From IMG/VR virus record IMGVR_UViG_3300025009_000004, positions 32,001-96,000 of that record: DNA of 64,000 bases, one strand, 5' to 3'. Under the pieces are notes generated by a model that saw nothing but the letters and a program-made list of their open reading frames with translations, had not been told where the DNA came from and did not search any database. The translations under genes and the position numbers were made by a program. This stretch comes from a virus. Positions 8,372 through 17,999 of the stretch are shown in pieces. Position 1 is the stretch's first letter. Every line of letters begins with the position of its first letter.

Positions 8372-8380
8372 GGGGAACAA

Positions 8381-9802
8381 ATGCCAGATATAGTAGATAT
8401 AAATTCTCAGATCGCTGATTGTCCTATCGACTTATCTGGCGACCCCGTAATACAGAGTGAAGTTGACTTACTGTGCTTAATATCAGATTATCCTACATCA
8501 ATAGAATCAATAGCGCCAAATATACCGGATGAAATGATAAGCAATAGCGCAGTTGGAAAGTTAATTAAGGCTGTATTAAGAGGGCAACAGCAAATTACGC
8601 ATTCGATAGTAGAAGAGACTGTTAATAATCCGATTTACAATGTTAAACGTAGCGTGTTTAAAATCTCAGATGTTCCTAAAATAATAGAGGCACTGCTATC
8701 GCATTATAAGCATAGATTCTTTACAAAGAAGCTGCCACAATCGTTATTAGCATGCAAATCACTATCGGATGCTGTAAGTAATATTAATGACGCTTATACA
8801 ATCGCCTTAACGGGGTTAGCCAAATACGAAGTTAAAGACAATAGCCTTTATGCCGGCGATTTCATGTCATATATCAACCGTAAGGAAGATATATATAAAA
8901 CAGGAATTAGAGTAATTGATAATTTAATAACAGCTCGTGGCATTGCATTATCTCAACTTATAACACTTGCAGCCGATACAGGCGTTGGTAAAACACTAAT
9001 CGCCGTGCAAATTCTTGAATATATCGCACAAATGTATAATGTGCCGTGCTGCATGTTTTCACTTGAAATGCCAATTGAGCAAATGCTATCTCGCAGAATA
9101 GTTCATTACCTCAACGGATGCATAACAGCAGATCAGCTTATACGAAAAGAAATACCAGATGAGAGATTCCTTGAGATAGAGCAATCAGCAATACAAATGG
9201 CTAAAACACCAATATTCATAAGAGATGATTTATATAACTATTCCGATATAACAAACGCAATACGAGCAATGGTTCCTAAGGGTTTTAAATTCTTTGTAAT
9301 CGATTTATTACAGTTAATCAAGATGCCTGGCTCTAAGTTATCAGAGCGCGAACGCATAGATTGGATTACATCAGAACTTAAAATATTAGCAAATAAATAT
9401 AAAGTAACAATATTCTTGGTTAGTCATCTACATCGTAAAGATGATATCAAAATGAGAACAGATGGCTCAATAGTTCAAAGAGAACCTGGCTTGGCAGATT
9501 TAAAAGGAGCCTCTGGTATTGAGCAGAATAGCGATAAAGTTATGATGCTCTGGTCTCCAGAGGTAGTAAATCCGAAGACAGATAATCCGAATATGTATCG
9601 TTATCTTAAGTTTGGATTGAAGAAGGATAGGTTCGGCAGAGAGTTTAGCATATGGCTGAAACACAATACAATGAGTGGAGTAATTGAAGAATGTATTCAG
9701 CAAGATATAATCTATATCGAGTCTATGATTAATTTACAGAACTCTAAACAAAAACAAAATAATTTCAAAACGTATCAAAAACAATTTAATGAAGGAGAGT
9801 AA
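8381..9802 (+). CDS. dnaB: replicative DNA helicase, DnaB family
   Basis: AADTGVGKT, FSLEM, VIDLLQL, LVSHL, DLKGASGIEQNSD, KDRFG. Confidence 0.88.
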   Translation: MPDIVDINSQIADCPIDLSGDPVIQSEVDLLCLISDYPTSIESIAPNIPDEMISNSAVGKLIKAVLRGQQQITHSIVEETVNNPIYNVKRSVFKISDVPKIIEALLSHYKHRFFTKKLPQSLLACKSLSDAVSNINDAYTIALTGLAKYEVKDNSLYAGDFMSYINRKEDIYKTGIRVIDNLITARGIALSQLITLAADTGVGKTLIAVQILEYIAQMYNVPCCMFSLEMPIEQMLSRRIVHYLNGCITADQLIRKEIPDERFLEIEQSAIQMAKTPIFIRDDLYNYSDITNAIRAMVPKGFKFFVIDLLQLIKMPGSKLSERERIDWITSELKILANKYKVTIFLVSHLHRKDDIKMRTDGSIVQREPGLADLKGASGIEQNSDKVMMLWSPEVVNPKTDNPNMYRYLKFGLKKDRFGREFSIWLKHNTMSGVIEECIQQDIIYIESMINLQNSKQKQNNFKTYQKQFNEGE

Positions 9803-9804
9803 CA

Positions 9805-10326
9805 ATGAACAACCAGATGAAACCCCAGTTAATCCTTACCGCTTGCAATTTCGAGGTTAAACAGACACAGGCTGGCACCAAAATTAATGTAATGATGCTT
9901 TTCAACGACCTTATATATCTTAAAGGCGAATTGAAAACCAAAAAAGATGGTGGCATATGGCTTGAGATCGCTAATGCACCGTGGAAAACAACCGAAGGCA
10001 AATGGAACAACAACTATCGTGGTGGCGTAGCAAATGAAGATTTCAAAAAGAATCTTGAGGCTCAGGTAATCGCTAATTATCAGAGTGGTCAGGTTTCTAT
10101 TATAATGCCGAATATGAGAACTAATTATGATGCCGCGACTTATCTGCATCCTAGAGTTCCCGCACAGCCTCCCGTTCAGGGTCAGCAGCAGTTTAATCCT
10201 CAGCAGTATCAGCAGCCTCAGCCGCAGCAGTATGCTCCGCAGAATCAGTATCAGCAACAGGCACTTCCTCCGGCCCAGCCGCCCGTATATCCGCAGGGCA
10301 ATAATAATCAGCATTGGGGCGTATAG
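9805..10326 (+). CDS. putative single-stranded DNA-binding protein, SpoVG-like fold with Q/P-rich tail
   Basis: beta-rich core (KKDGGIWLEIA...EGKW...FKKNLEAQVIANY); position after helicase; low-complexity tail. Confidence 0.5.
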   Translation: MNNQMKPQLILTACNFEVKQTQAGTKINVMMLFNDLIYLKGELKTKKDGGIWLEIANAPWKTTEGKWNNNYRGGVANEDFKKNLEAQVIANYQSGQVSIIMPNMRTNYDAATYLHPRVPAQPPVQGQQQFNPQQYQQPQPQQYAPQNQYQQQALPPAQPPVYPQGNNNQHWGV

Positions 10327-10349
10327 TCAATCTAATAACCAAATAAGAG

Positions 10350-10384
10350 ATAGAGGCGAGAGCGATCTCGCTTCTATTTTATTT
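10350..10384 (+). terminator. intrinsic terminator
   Basis: ATAGAGGCGAGA-GCGA-TCTCGCTTCTAT stem-loop followed by a T tract. Confidence 0.75.
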
Positions 10385-10396
10385 AAGGAGCAAATG

Positions 10397-10687
10397 ATGT
10401 TAGAAAAAAATATAGTTCTATGCCCTAAGTGCAAACAAAATACATGGCAGGACTCAGTCGAGTCTGGTATAGTAAGTGCAATAATGTTTCCAGATTTATC
10501 AGAGGTAAATGTCTGTGTGTATTGCAGGAGATGTAATAAAATATTTAACGTATGCTATGACGAGCCGGCCATACTTGAAATGACGAAGATACAATATGTA
10601 ATATGGAAGAAAACACAGCAACCGGAAGTTGTTAAGATATCGAGGAAGAAAGAAAAAGTAATAGAAGAAAAGCCGTCATTGTTTTAA
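10397..10687 (+). CDS. zinc-ribbon hypothetical protein
   Basis: AAGGAG RBS at 10385; CPKC and CRRC; the upstream extension in the ORF track is likely spurious. Confidence 0.65.
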   Translation: MLEKNIVLCPKCKQNTWQDSVESGIVSAIMFPDLSEVNVCVYCRRCNKIFNVCYDEPAILEMTKIQYVIWKKTQQPEVVKISRKKEKVIEEKPSLF

Positions 10688-10697
10688 AGGAGCAAGC

Positions 10698-13600
10698 ATG
10701 ATACATTCTCATATTCACACATGCTTTTCCGCTAAGGACTCTCTTGTTCGTATTAAAGACTTAGTTAAATCGGCTAAGGATCGCGGATATAAAGCATTGG
10801 CAATTACAGACCATGGTTCAATAGGAGGCTCTCTTGATTTTTACGATGAATGTATCGCTAACGATATTAAGCCTCTTATTGGATGCGAGTTCTACTTAAA
10901 ATCAGAAACTAAACTAACCACAAATTCACAAGAACGCATGCATATTATTGTGATATGCAAGAATAAAGCAGGTTGGAATAATTTACTCAAACTATTTAAA
11001 CTATCACATATTAACTCGCATTATGTTCCTTTAACTTCATTCGATGACTTGGCAAACCATAGAGAAGGATTGATCTGTACGACAGCATGCTTTGCAGGGC
11101 CGTTAGCAACGCCCATCATGAACTCACGACCTGACTTAGCCATTGAGAATTTAGGGCGCCTTAAATCAATCTTTAAAGATGATTTGTATTTAGAATTACA
11201 GCCCAACTCACTACCATCGCAGCAAACAATAAACAATAATATTTATAAATTAGCGATTGAACACGAATTGCCTTATATTATTGGCATAGACACACATTAT
11301 ATGAACTTATCCGAGGCGAAGGCACAAGAAACATTACTTGGAATTAACATGAGAGCCACGATACTTGACCCCAAGAAAAATGCAGAGGCAGAAAATAAAG
11401 AAGAAGATGGAACCGGAGCAAAGAAAAAATATCGATTCGCGTTCGATAGTCATGACTTCTGGTTTATGACCGAGGAAGAGTTATATAAGCTATGGGATGA
11501 GAACCATAAGGAAATAGGCAAAGGCGTCGAAGAAGGAGATGCACCACATATAATAGCATTAATAAAAGCATTAGATAACGGGCAAGCAATGGCAGATAAA
11601 GTTGAAACATTCTCTATTTATCCGGATAGGTCAAAACTGAATATGACCTATGATATGACGGCAATAAGCGATAGAGAATTTAATCACTTCTTAGAAATAG
11701 ATACAGAACATAAAACACAGCCATTATCGTTAAAATTCTTAAGATATTTGTGTCATGTTGGTATTAAAGAAAAGGGAATCCTCGATAAGCCTAATGCTCA
11801 AGAATATATCGATAGAGTTAGACACGAATTAAAGGATATTGAAGAGGCAAATATCTATGATTACTTATTAATTGTGTGGGATTTAATGAAGTGGTGCCGT
11901 GAAAACTCAATAGGTACAGGGGTGGCCAGGGGTTCTTCGGCGGGGAGCCTTTGCACATATCTTATGGATATTCATGGCGTTGATCCAGTTCAATATGGAT
12001 TATTATGGGAGAGATTCTATAATGCAGGGAGAAAAGGCAGTCTCGCAGACATCGACATCGATTTCAGCTCTTTGCTTAGAGCAAATGTTATAGAATATCT
12101 TGTAACTAAATATGGTATAGATAAAACATCAATGATATGTAATTTCTCTTTCTTTCGCCCCAAATCAACATTTAAATCAGTATGTAAATTTTATGGCGTT
12201 ACATATGAACAAGTTAATGAAGCATTAAAAGATGGCCGCCATATTGAAGAAGAGGAAGAAGATGTTATAGAACAATCTGAAATTAACTTATCTGTTGTTA
12301 AAAAAGAAATGCAAGAACTATTTACTATTAAAGCAGTCAATGAACTATTAGATTCTAATCCATATACCGAGGATATCAAACGAGATTGTATGGCAATTGT
12401 TGGATGCATATCTAATAAATCAGTTCATGCCTCTGGTATCGTTATAGCGTCTGATAGTTTAGAAAATTTATGCCCCACGATGACAAATAAATCTAAGAAT
12501 GAAGCAATGTCAGCAATACAGCAAACCACAGAATGGGACATGAAGATGTTAGATCGTGCTGGCTTTATGAAATTAGATATATTGGCACTTAAAACAGTTG
12601 ATATAATAAATGATACAATCAAGAGCATTAACAAACCAGAACATACGATGCACTCATGGAAGATGTTGGATAAGACTGACCCAGAGGTTCTCAATCTATT
12701 CACAACCGGACAAACGTCTGGTGTATTTCAATTTGATTATGGCAAAGAGTTACAGAGATTATGTCTTGAGTTTAAACCTAAATCATTTGCAGATATATGC
12801 GCTCTTACTGCACTTGGACGCCCTGGTGCCAAAATGTTCCTTGAGCAATACATGAGAAACAGAACAAAAGCAGAACATGAAATAGTTTTAGAAGACCCCT
12901 TGCTTAAACCAATACTTCACGAGACTAATTATGTGTTGGCGTATCAAGAGCAACAGATGGCAATAGCAAAAGACTTGTGTGGCTTTAATCTTAAGGAAGC
13001 AGATGATTTACGAAAGATTATTGCTAAGAAACAGGAAAGCAAAATACCAACAATGAGGCAGAAGTTTATTGATGGATATGTTAAGCGTACTGGCAAAGGG
13101 GATATAGCGATAAAAATATGGGACGCTTACTTCTCTAATTGCGAATATCTATTTAATAAATCTCATGCCGTAGCATATTCATTCAATTCATATGCAACCG
13201 CGTATTACAAACGATATTATCCTATTGAATTTATGGCCGCTGTTATAGATGCTAACAATGATGGAAAGCGTGAAGCAGTTGTTCCTTATATTCATGAATG
13301 TATGAGGATGAAGATACCGATTCATACGCCGAACATAAGGTTCTCGCCGGCAATAACATATGGAGATAAAGAGAATAAATCAATCTATCTTGGCTTAAAT
13401 ACAATAATGGATATGTCAAATCAAATGGCAGCTAAATCGACTAAGATGGAAAGTGATAACGATTTAATTGATTTATTGTTTAATATGCCTAAGTCTCAGT
13501 ATGAAGCGATGATATTATCTGGCGCCTGTGATACATTAATTAAAGGAATTAATCGTCGCTCGTTACTTGAAACGGTTAGCAGTTATCATAAACTTAAAGC

Positions 13601-14165
13601 AGAATGGTCAGAGTATAGCAAAAAGATGCGCGAGTATAAATCTAAAATAGAAATAGCAACAGCTAAAGGAAAGAAAACATCTGCTAAAGAGCCTAAGCGC
13701 CCTGTTTTAGATATGTGTCATGCCCATGAGTTTCCAATAATGGACATGAGTGATTTTACAGACCGTGAAAAAATAGCGCATGAAATTGAGTATCTTGGAT
13801 ATAGTCCAAGTGACCCTGACTTTAAATATATGCCTTATATCCTTGGGACAACGATACATAGCTATCGACAGAAAGATGCACTAAAGGATAACGATATAGT
13901 ATTTATGTATGGTGAAGTAACAGATGTAAAGGAAAAGAAAACAGCGAATGGCAACAACATGTATTCATTGCGAGTACAGCCTAAAACAATGACATATGGC
14001 TTTTATGCTACATGTTGGGATAATAAGTTTAATGCAGATAAATTAACAATAGGGAGTAAATTTATATTCCAGATGAAAGTAAACGAGTATATCGGAAGAG
14101 ATAAAACATTGGTTAAAGGGTTTAATATAATGGATTATAAGGAGGCCAAAGAAATATGGAAGTAG
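10698..14165 (+). CDS. dnaE: DNA polymerase III alpha subunit
   Basis: PHP domain (HSHIHT, AITDHG), GVARGSSAGSL, ADIDIDF, HASGIV, KLDIL, FNKSHAVAY, C-terminal OB fold. Confidence 0.95.
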   Translation: MIHSHIHTCFSAKDSLVRIKDLVKSAKDRGYKALAITDHGSIGGSLDFYDECIANDIKPLIGCEFYLKSETKLTTNSQERMHIIVICKNKAGWNNLLKLFKLSHINSHYVPLTSFDDLANHREGLICTTACFAGPLATPIMNSRPDLAIENLGRLKSIFKDDLYLELQPNSLPSQQTINNNIYKLAIEHELPYIIGIDTHYMNLSEAKAQETLLGINMRATILDPKKNAEAENKEEDGTGAKKKYRFAFDSHDFWFMTEEELYKLWDENHKEIGKGVEEGDAPHIIALIKALDNGQAMADKVETFSIYPDRSKLNMTYDMTAISDREFNHFLEIDTEHKTQPLSLKFLRYLCHVGIKEKGILDKPNAQEYIDRVRHELKDIEEANIYDYLLIVWDLMKWCRENSIGTGVARGSSAGSLCTYLMDIHGVDPVQYGLLWERFYNAGRKGSLADIDIDFSSLLRANVIEYLVTKYGIDKTSMICNFSFFRPKSTFKSVCKFYGVTYEQVNEALKDGRHIEEEEEDVIEQSEINLSVVKKEMQELFTIKAVNELLDSNPYTEDIKRDCMAIVGCISNKSVHASGIVIASDSLENLCPTMTNKSKNEAMSAIQQTTEWDMKMLDRAGFMKLDILALKTVDIINDTIKSINKPEHTMHSWKMLDKTDPEVLNLFTTGQTSGVFQFDYGKELQRLCLEFKPKSFADICALTALGRPGAKMFLEQYMRNRTKAEHEIVLEDPLLKPILHETNYVLAYQEQQMAIAKDLCGFNLKEADDLRKIIAKKQESKIPTMRQKFIDGYVKRTGKGDIAIKIWDAYFSNCEYLFNKSHAVAYSFNSYATAYYKRYYPIEFMAAVIDANNDGKREAVVPYIHECMRMKIPIHTPNIRFSPAITYGDKENKSIYLGLNTIMDMSNQMAAKSTKMESDNDLIDLLFNMPKSQYEAMILSGACDTLIKGINRRSLLETVSSYHKLKAEWSEYSKKMREYKSKIEIATAKGKKTSAKEPKRPVLDMCHAHEFPIMDMSDFTDREKIAHEIEYLGYSPSDPDFKYMPYILGTTIHSYRQKDALKDNDIVFMYGEVTDVKEKKTANGNNMYSLRVQPKTMTYGFYATCWDNKFNADKLTIGSKFIFQMKVNEYIGRDKTLVKGFNIMDYKEAKEIWK

Positions 14166-14884
14166 TTATCAAGAGTATAACAACAGATAATTTAACTAAA
14201 TACATCGCTGAATTTGCGAGAGTGTGTTATCGCCGTGATGAAAAAGAATCAACAGCCGACCAGGATTTAAATAGATGTATTAGTTTATGGAAAATGGGGC
14301 ATGGCACTCCATTTGAATCAATTAATATCGACTTCCTTGTCAAAAATGTAAGTAGAAATTTATTGGCACAGATAACGCGATATAGGCATACATCCCCAAA
14401 TGTTGAGAGCCAGCGATATGTTACCTATCGGGATGATATAGACTTTATTATTCCAGAGTCAGTAGAAAAATCATGCGCTTTAGCGAATGGAGAGTTTAAT
14501 GTTCATTCTTTTTTTGCTTATGCTCAAGACATGTATGTCGCTCTATTAGATGACGATATTAAGCCGGAAGACGCCCGTTGCGTATTGCCTGGCGCAACCC
14601 CAACAAGGTTTAGAATGGTAATGAATCTAAAAGAGTTTTTTCATATATATAAACAGAGGTCAAGCCCAGAGGCCCAGAAAGAAATAAGAGATTTAGTCGA
14701 GTTAATGCTCAACCGCTTGCATGAGAGCGTTGATAATAACTCTCAAAAACTGTTGACCTTTGTGCAGAAAAATGTTAAACTATCAATCAAAAGCCTTATT
14801 AAAGACATAGAAAATTTGTGTCTTGAAGACTATTATGTGCAAGAACTTTGGAAACTTTTAGATGAGTATAAGGAGCTGACATAA
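14156..14884 (+). CDS. thyX: FAD-dependent thymidylate synthase
   Basis: GHGTPFE, QITRYRHTSPNVESQRY, EDARCVLP, AQKEIR. Confidence 0.92.
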   Translation: MEVVIKSITTDNLTKYIAEFARVCYRRDEKESTADQDLNRCISLWKMGHGTPFESINIDFLVKNVSRNLLAQITRYRHTSPNVESQRYVTYRDDIDFIIPESVEKSCALANGEFNVHSFFAYAQDMYVALLDDDIKPEDARCVLPGATPTRFRMVMNLKEFFHIYKQRSSPEAQKEIRDLVELMLNRLHESVDNNSQKLLTFVQKNVKLSIKSLIKDIENLCLEDYYVQELWKLLDEYKELT

Positions 14885-15144
14885 TGGAATGCAAATCATC
14901 TTATTTCTTTTTTTCATGTGAAGACATACAGTACCTTAGCAAATATAACTTCGATAAGATAAGAGTGGATACAGTCGATAATTTTGGTAGATTCCAGGGA
15001 TATGAAGTTACAATATATGGCAATATCAATGCGATGATAGGCAATGGATGTAAATTAAAGGGATTTAAAGTGGATAAAGACGGTATGTCTGCCAAGCGAA
15101 TGTTTAAAGCGCAGGGCATGCCGGCGGATTTTATGAAAGATTAA
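14884..15144 (+). CDS. hypothetical protein
   Basis: TAATG-coupled, AAGGAG RBS. Confidence 0.6.
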   Translation: MECKSSYFFFSCEDIQYLSKYNFDKIRVDTVDNFGRFQGYEVTIYGNINAMIGNGCKLKGFKVDKDGMSAKRMFKAQGMPADFMKD

Positions 15145-15154
15145 GGAGAGTGTT

Positions 15155-16228
15155 ATGGGAGACCGTGATTTTACAAAAATAATAATGCCTAAGAAGGAAG
15201 AATGGTACAAAAATGGAATGGAGCATGTAAGCAATTCTAAAGTAGAATGTTATAGCATGTGTTCACTTAAATGGGCGCTCAAATATATTCTTAAAGAAAA
15301 AGAGCCTTGGAGCGATAACCTTGCGTTTGGTCAGGTTCATCATACGATCTGTGAAAAGATATTACTTGATGCTTATAATGATAAGAATTTCTATAAAACA
15401 GTTAATCAAGAGTATATCGATAAAGTATTAATACCAGAATGGCACAAGGCATTCGCTAAAGAGTTTGAGAATCATAATCTTGACAGTAAAGAGTACGAAG
15501 ACATTAAGAAGATGAGCTTTGGCTCCATTACAGTTGCGCTTAAATGGCTTGTTGAACAGGAATTTGAATTACTTTCTATCAAAGGCAACGATGGCAATAT
15601 GATACCGGCACAAGAATTTGGCGTTGGTGTTCCTATTGAAGACCCATCAACACGCAAATATCTCGATAGCCATTATTTGCAAGTATGGCCTGATGCAGTG
15701 GTTCGGGACAAGAATGGCGATATAATAATACTTGACCATAAAACAGCAGGGCGCAGATACACCGAAGATAAAATTAAAACGGCTATGCAGTTACCTTTAT
15801 ATGCCTATGCACTTAAAGATATACTAAAAGATAGTGGCTACGATTATAAGTTTAAAGTAGCATATGCGGTATTACTTAAACAGAAAAATATAGTAGTCGA
15901 GTATTATGAAAAAGACATTGATGGAGAAGATATCAACGCGGCGTTATACAAAATATGTATGGCTGTTGATGGTATCGAGAAGAAAGCCATAAGTGCCACT
16001 CCATTAGAAATGGCGCATTCATTCTGCGGCTTTAAGCGAAAATGTATGAAAGAAGATGGCGAATGCGTCAACTATAGATTAATAATGGAAATAACTAAAG
16101 GTGAATATGAACCGCCTAAAAAAGAAATAAAGATGGCAGAAGAAGTGGTAGCAAATGAAGAAGTTCAGGGAAATAGCAAGGAAAGCGATAGCACTTCCGT
16201 TAACGATAAAAACGAAGGATGGTGGTAA
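15155..16228 (+). CDS. PD-(D/E)XK nuclease (RecB/Cas4-like exonuclease)
   Basis: AFGQVHH, WPDAV, ILDHKT, QLPLYAYA, C-terminal CGFKRKC. Confidence 0.85.
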   Translation: MGDRDFTKIIMPKKEEWYKNGMEHVSNSKVECYSMCSLKWALKYILKEKEPWSDNLAFGQVHHTICEKILLDAYNDKNFYKTVNQEYIDKVLIPEWHKAFAKEFENHNLDSKEYEDIKKMSFGSITVALKWLVEQEFELLSIKGNDGNMIPAQEFGVGVPIEDPSTRKYLDSHYLQVWPDAVVRDKNGDIIILDHKTAGRRYTEDKIKTAMQLPLYAYALKDILKDSGYDYKFKVAYAVLLKQKNIVVEYYEKDIDGEDINAALYKICMAVDGIEKKAISATPLEMAHSFCGFKRKCMKEDGECVNYRLIMEITKGEYEPPKKEIKMAEEVVANEEVQGNSKESDSTSVNDKNEGWW

Positions 16229-16232
16229 AACA

Positions 16233-16439
16233 GTGATTAACAAGGACATTAACAAACTGGCTCCGTATCCTAAATCAAAGGCACAGAAAGAATGTAAGCA
16301 CGAGCATTATCGTTTCTTAAACAGGAATGAACGTCGTAAGAAAGAGTTTGAGAAGATAGGCGCAGAAGCAGGGTGCTTAGATTGCGGGTGTTTATTCGTA
16401 AACATAAAAGATGAGGTGACCTTTGGAGATAAAAAATAG
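16233..16439 (+). CDS. hypothetical protein with CxH/CxxC
   Basis: likely GTG start at 16233; CKH and CLDC. Confidence 0.55.
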   Translation: MINKDINKLAPYPKSKAQKECKHEHYRFLNRNERRKKEFEKIGAEAGCLDCGCLFVNIKDEVTFGDKK

Positions 16440-16926
16440 TTCTTGTCTTAACGATGCTTGCTGTGATATCTTCCAGAAGTTCGGAATTAATGGCAATACA
16501 ACATTCAAGGTATTAGAGTTTAAAATCGATGGTAGACCATTAATACTTAAGAACAATAAACAGATATTTGTTAACCCAGAAACAAATAGGCCAATAGTTC
16601 TTAAGAATAAAAACTACGAGGCAAATATTAAAGATGTTCACAAGGCTCTTGAAATACAGAGAATGAAGTATCGTAATGATATTGAATTTCCTATCAAAGT
16701 ATGCTTTGTAGCATATGAATTTCATTATGGCAATAAGATTATGGGCGATATCACTAACTTATATGAGGCGCCGAATGATGCCATGCAATATGTTGGCATA
16801 TTAGAAGATGATAAACTGATCGCTACTACATTGCCTTCATGTAGGATTATCGATAAGAAATGGGAAGGCTCAATAATAAGAATATATGTTCCAGATAAAC
16901 TATCTCATGTAGTAGAGGAGAAATAA
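16423..16926 (+). CDS. rusA: RusA-family Holliday junction resolvase
   Basis: GDITNLYEAPNDAMQ...ILEDDKLI motif. Confidence 0.75.
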   Translation: MEIKNSSCLNDACCDIFQKFGINGNTTFKVLEFKIDGRPLILKNNKQIFVNPETNRPIVLKNKNYEANIKDVHKALEIQRMKYRNDIEFPIKVCFVAYEFHYGNKIMGDITNLYEAPNDAMQYVGILEDDKLIATTLPSCRIIDKKWEGSIIRIYVPDKLSHVVEEK

Positions 16927-17381
16927 TGACTTGTTGTTCACAAAAACCAGTAACTATGAAGTTTAAGAAATTAAATCCTAATGCTCAGATTCCAATTAAA
17001 GCATTTTCTACTGATGCCGGCGCTGATTTAAAATCAGTTGCTAACCTAACAATCGAGGCTGGCAAGAATGCAATTGTGCCTACGGGCCTTGCAGTTGAAA
17101 TGCCAGAAGGTTGGGAGGCACAAGTAAGAAGTAGAAGCGGATTAGCCGCTAAGTCGCAAGTATCTGTCCAAAATGCGCCAGGGACTGTTGATTCAAGCTA
17201 TCGTGGCGAAATTGGCGTTATATTACAGAACTGTGGCAGTAAGCCATTCGTCATTAATATAGGCGATAGAATAGCACAGATTGTCTTTAAACAAGTTCCT
17301 ATGGTTGAATTTGTTGAATCGAATGATTTATCTGAAACAGATCGAAATTCTGGCGGATTTGGCCACTCAGGAGTAAGATAA
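16926..17381 (+). CDS. dut: trimeric dUTPase
   Basis: AGADL, RSGLA, GTVDSSYRGEI, RIAQ, RNSGGFGHSG. Confidence 0.95.
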   Translation: MTCCSQKPVTMKFKKLNPNAQIPIKAFSTDAGADLKSVANLTIEAGKNAIVPTGLAVEMPEGWEAQVRSRSGLAAKSQVSVQNAPGTVDSSYRGEIGVILQNCGSKPFVINIGDRIAQIVFKQVPMVEFVESNDLSETDRNSGGFGHSGVR

Positions 17382-17944
17382 TGATAAAATTAACTAAAGA
17401 AGAAAAACTTCAAAAAAGACGAGAGTATCGAAAAAAAAATTTGGAAAGATTCAGGCAAAATGACAAGGATTTTTATCAAAGGCATAAAGAACGCCTTAGA
17501 GAATATAAGAAACAAAAAACAAAAGAATATAGCGAAGTGATGAAAAAATGGAAAAAAGAAACATCAGATAGAAATAAATCTATTTTATATTTAGGCATAT
17601 GTGAAGAGTGTGGATATAAGGGGACCACGCATCTACATCATATTGATAAATCAACTAAATCTTTTACTATTGGCCCTAAAGTTAATAGTAACACTAATAT
17701 TGATATTTTAATGGAAGAACGAAAAAAGTGCATCGAGTTATGTTGTTCATGCCATAGAAAACGACATCCAGAGATAATGAATAAGTGTAGGAAGAAAGTA
17801 AAAAATATTAGTTTAAACATGGAATTTAAATCTATAGCAGAAGCTGCGAGATATTTTAATATTAAATATCCGCATAAAATTAGTTTATGTTGTAAAAATA
17901 AAGAAATGACATGCGGAGGATTTAAGTGGGAATATATAAATTAA
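17381..17944 (+). CDS. free-standing HNH homing endonuclease with NUMOD1-like C-terminal domain
   Basis: CEECG...HLHH...CIELCCSCHRKRH; FKSIAEAARY...CGGFKWEY. Confidence 0.8.
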   Translation: MIKLTKEEKLQKRREYRKKNLERFRQNDKDFYQRHKERLREYKKQKTKEYSEVMKKWKKETSDRNKSILYLGICEECGYKGTTHLHHIDKSTKSFTIGPKVNSNTNIDILMEERKKCIELCCSCHRKRHPEIMNKCRKKVKNISLNMEFKSIAEAARYFNIKYPHKISLCCKNKEMTCGGFKWEYIN

Positions 17945-17960
17945 ATAAATAGCCAAACAT

Positions 17961-17982
17961 AGCGGGGGCTTCGGCCCCTGCT
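17961..17982 (+). terminator. stable cUUCGg hairpin (weak terminator or mRNA-stabilising structure)
   Basis: AGCGGGGGC-TTCG-GCCCCTGCT; poor U tract. Confidence 0.5.
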
Positions 17983-17999
17983 TAACATAAGGAGCGACC

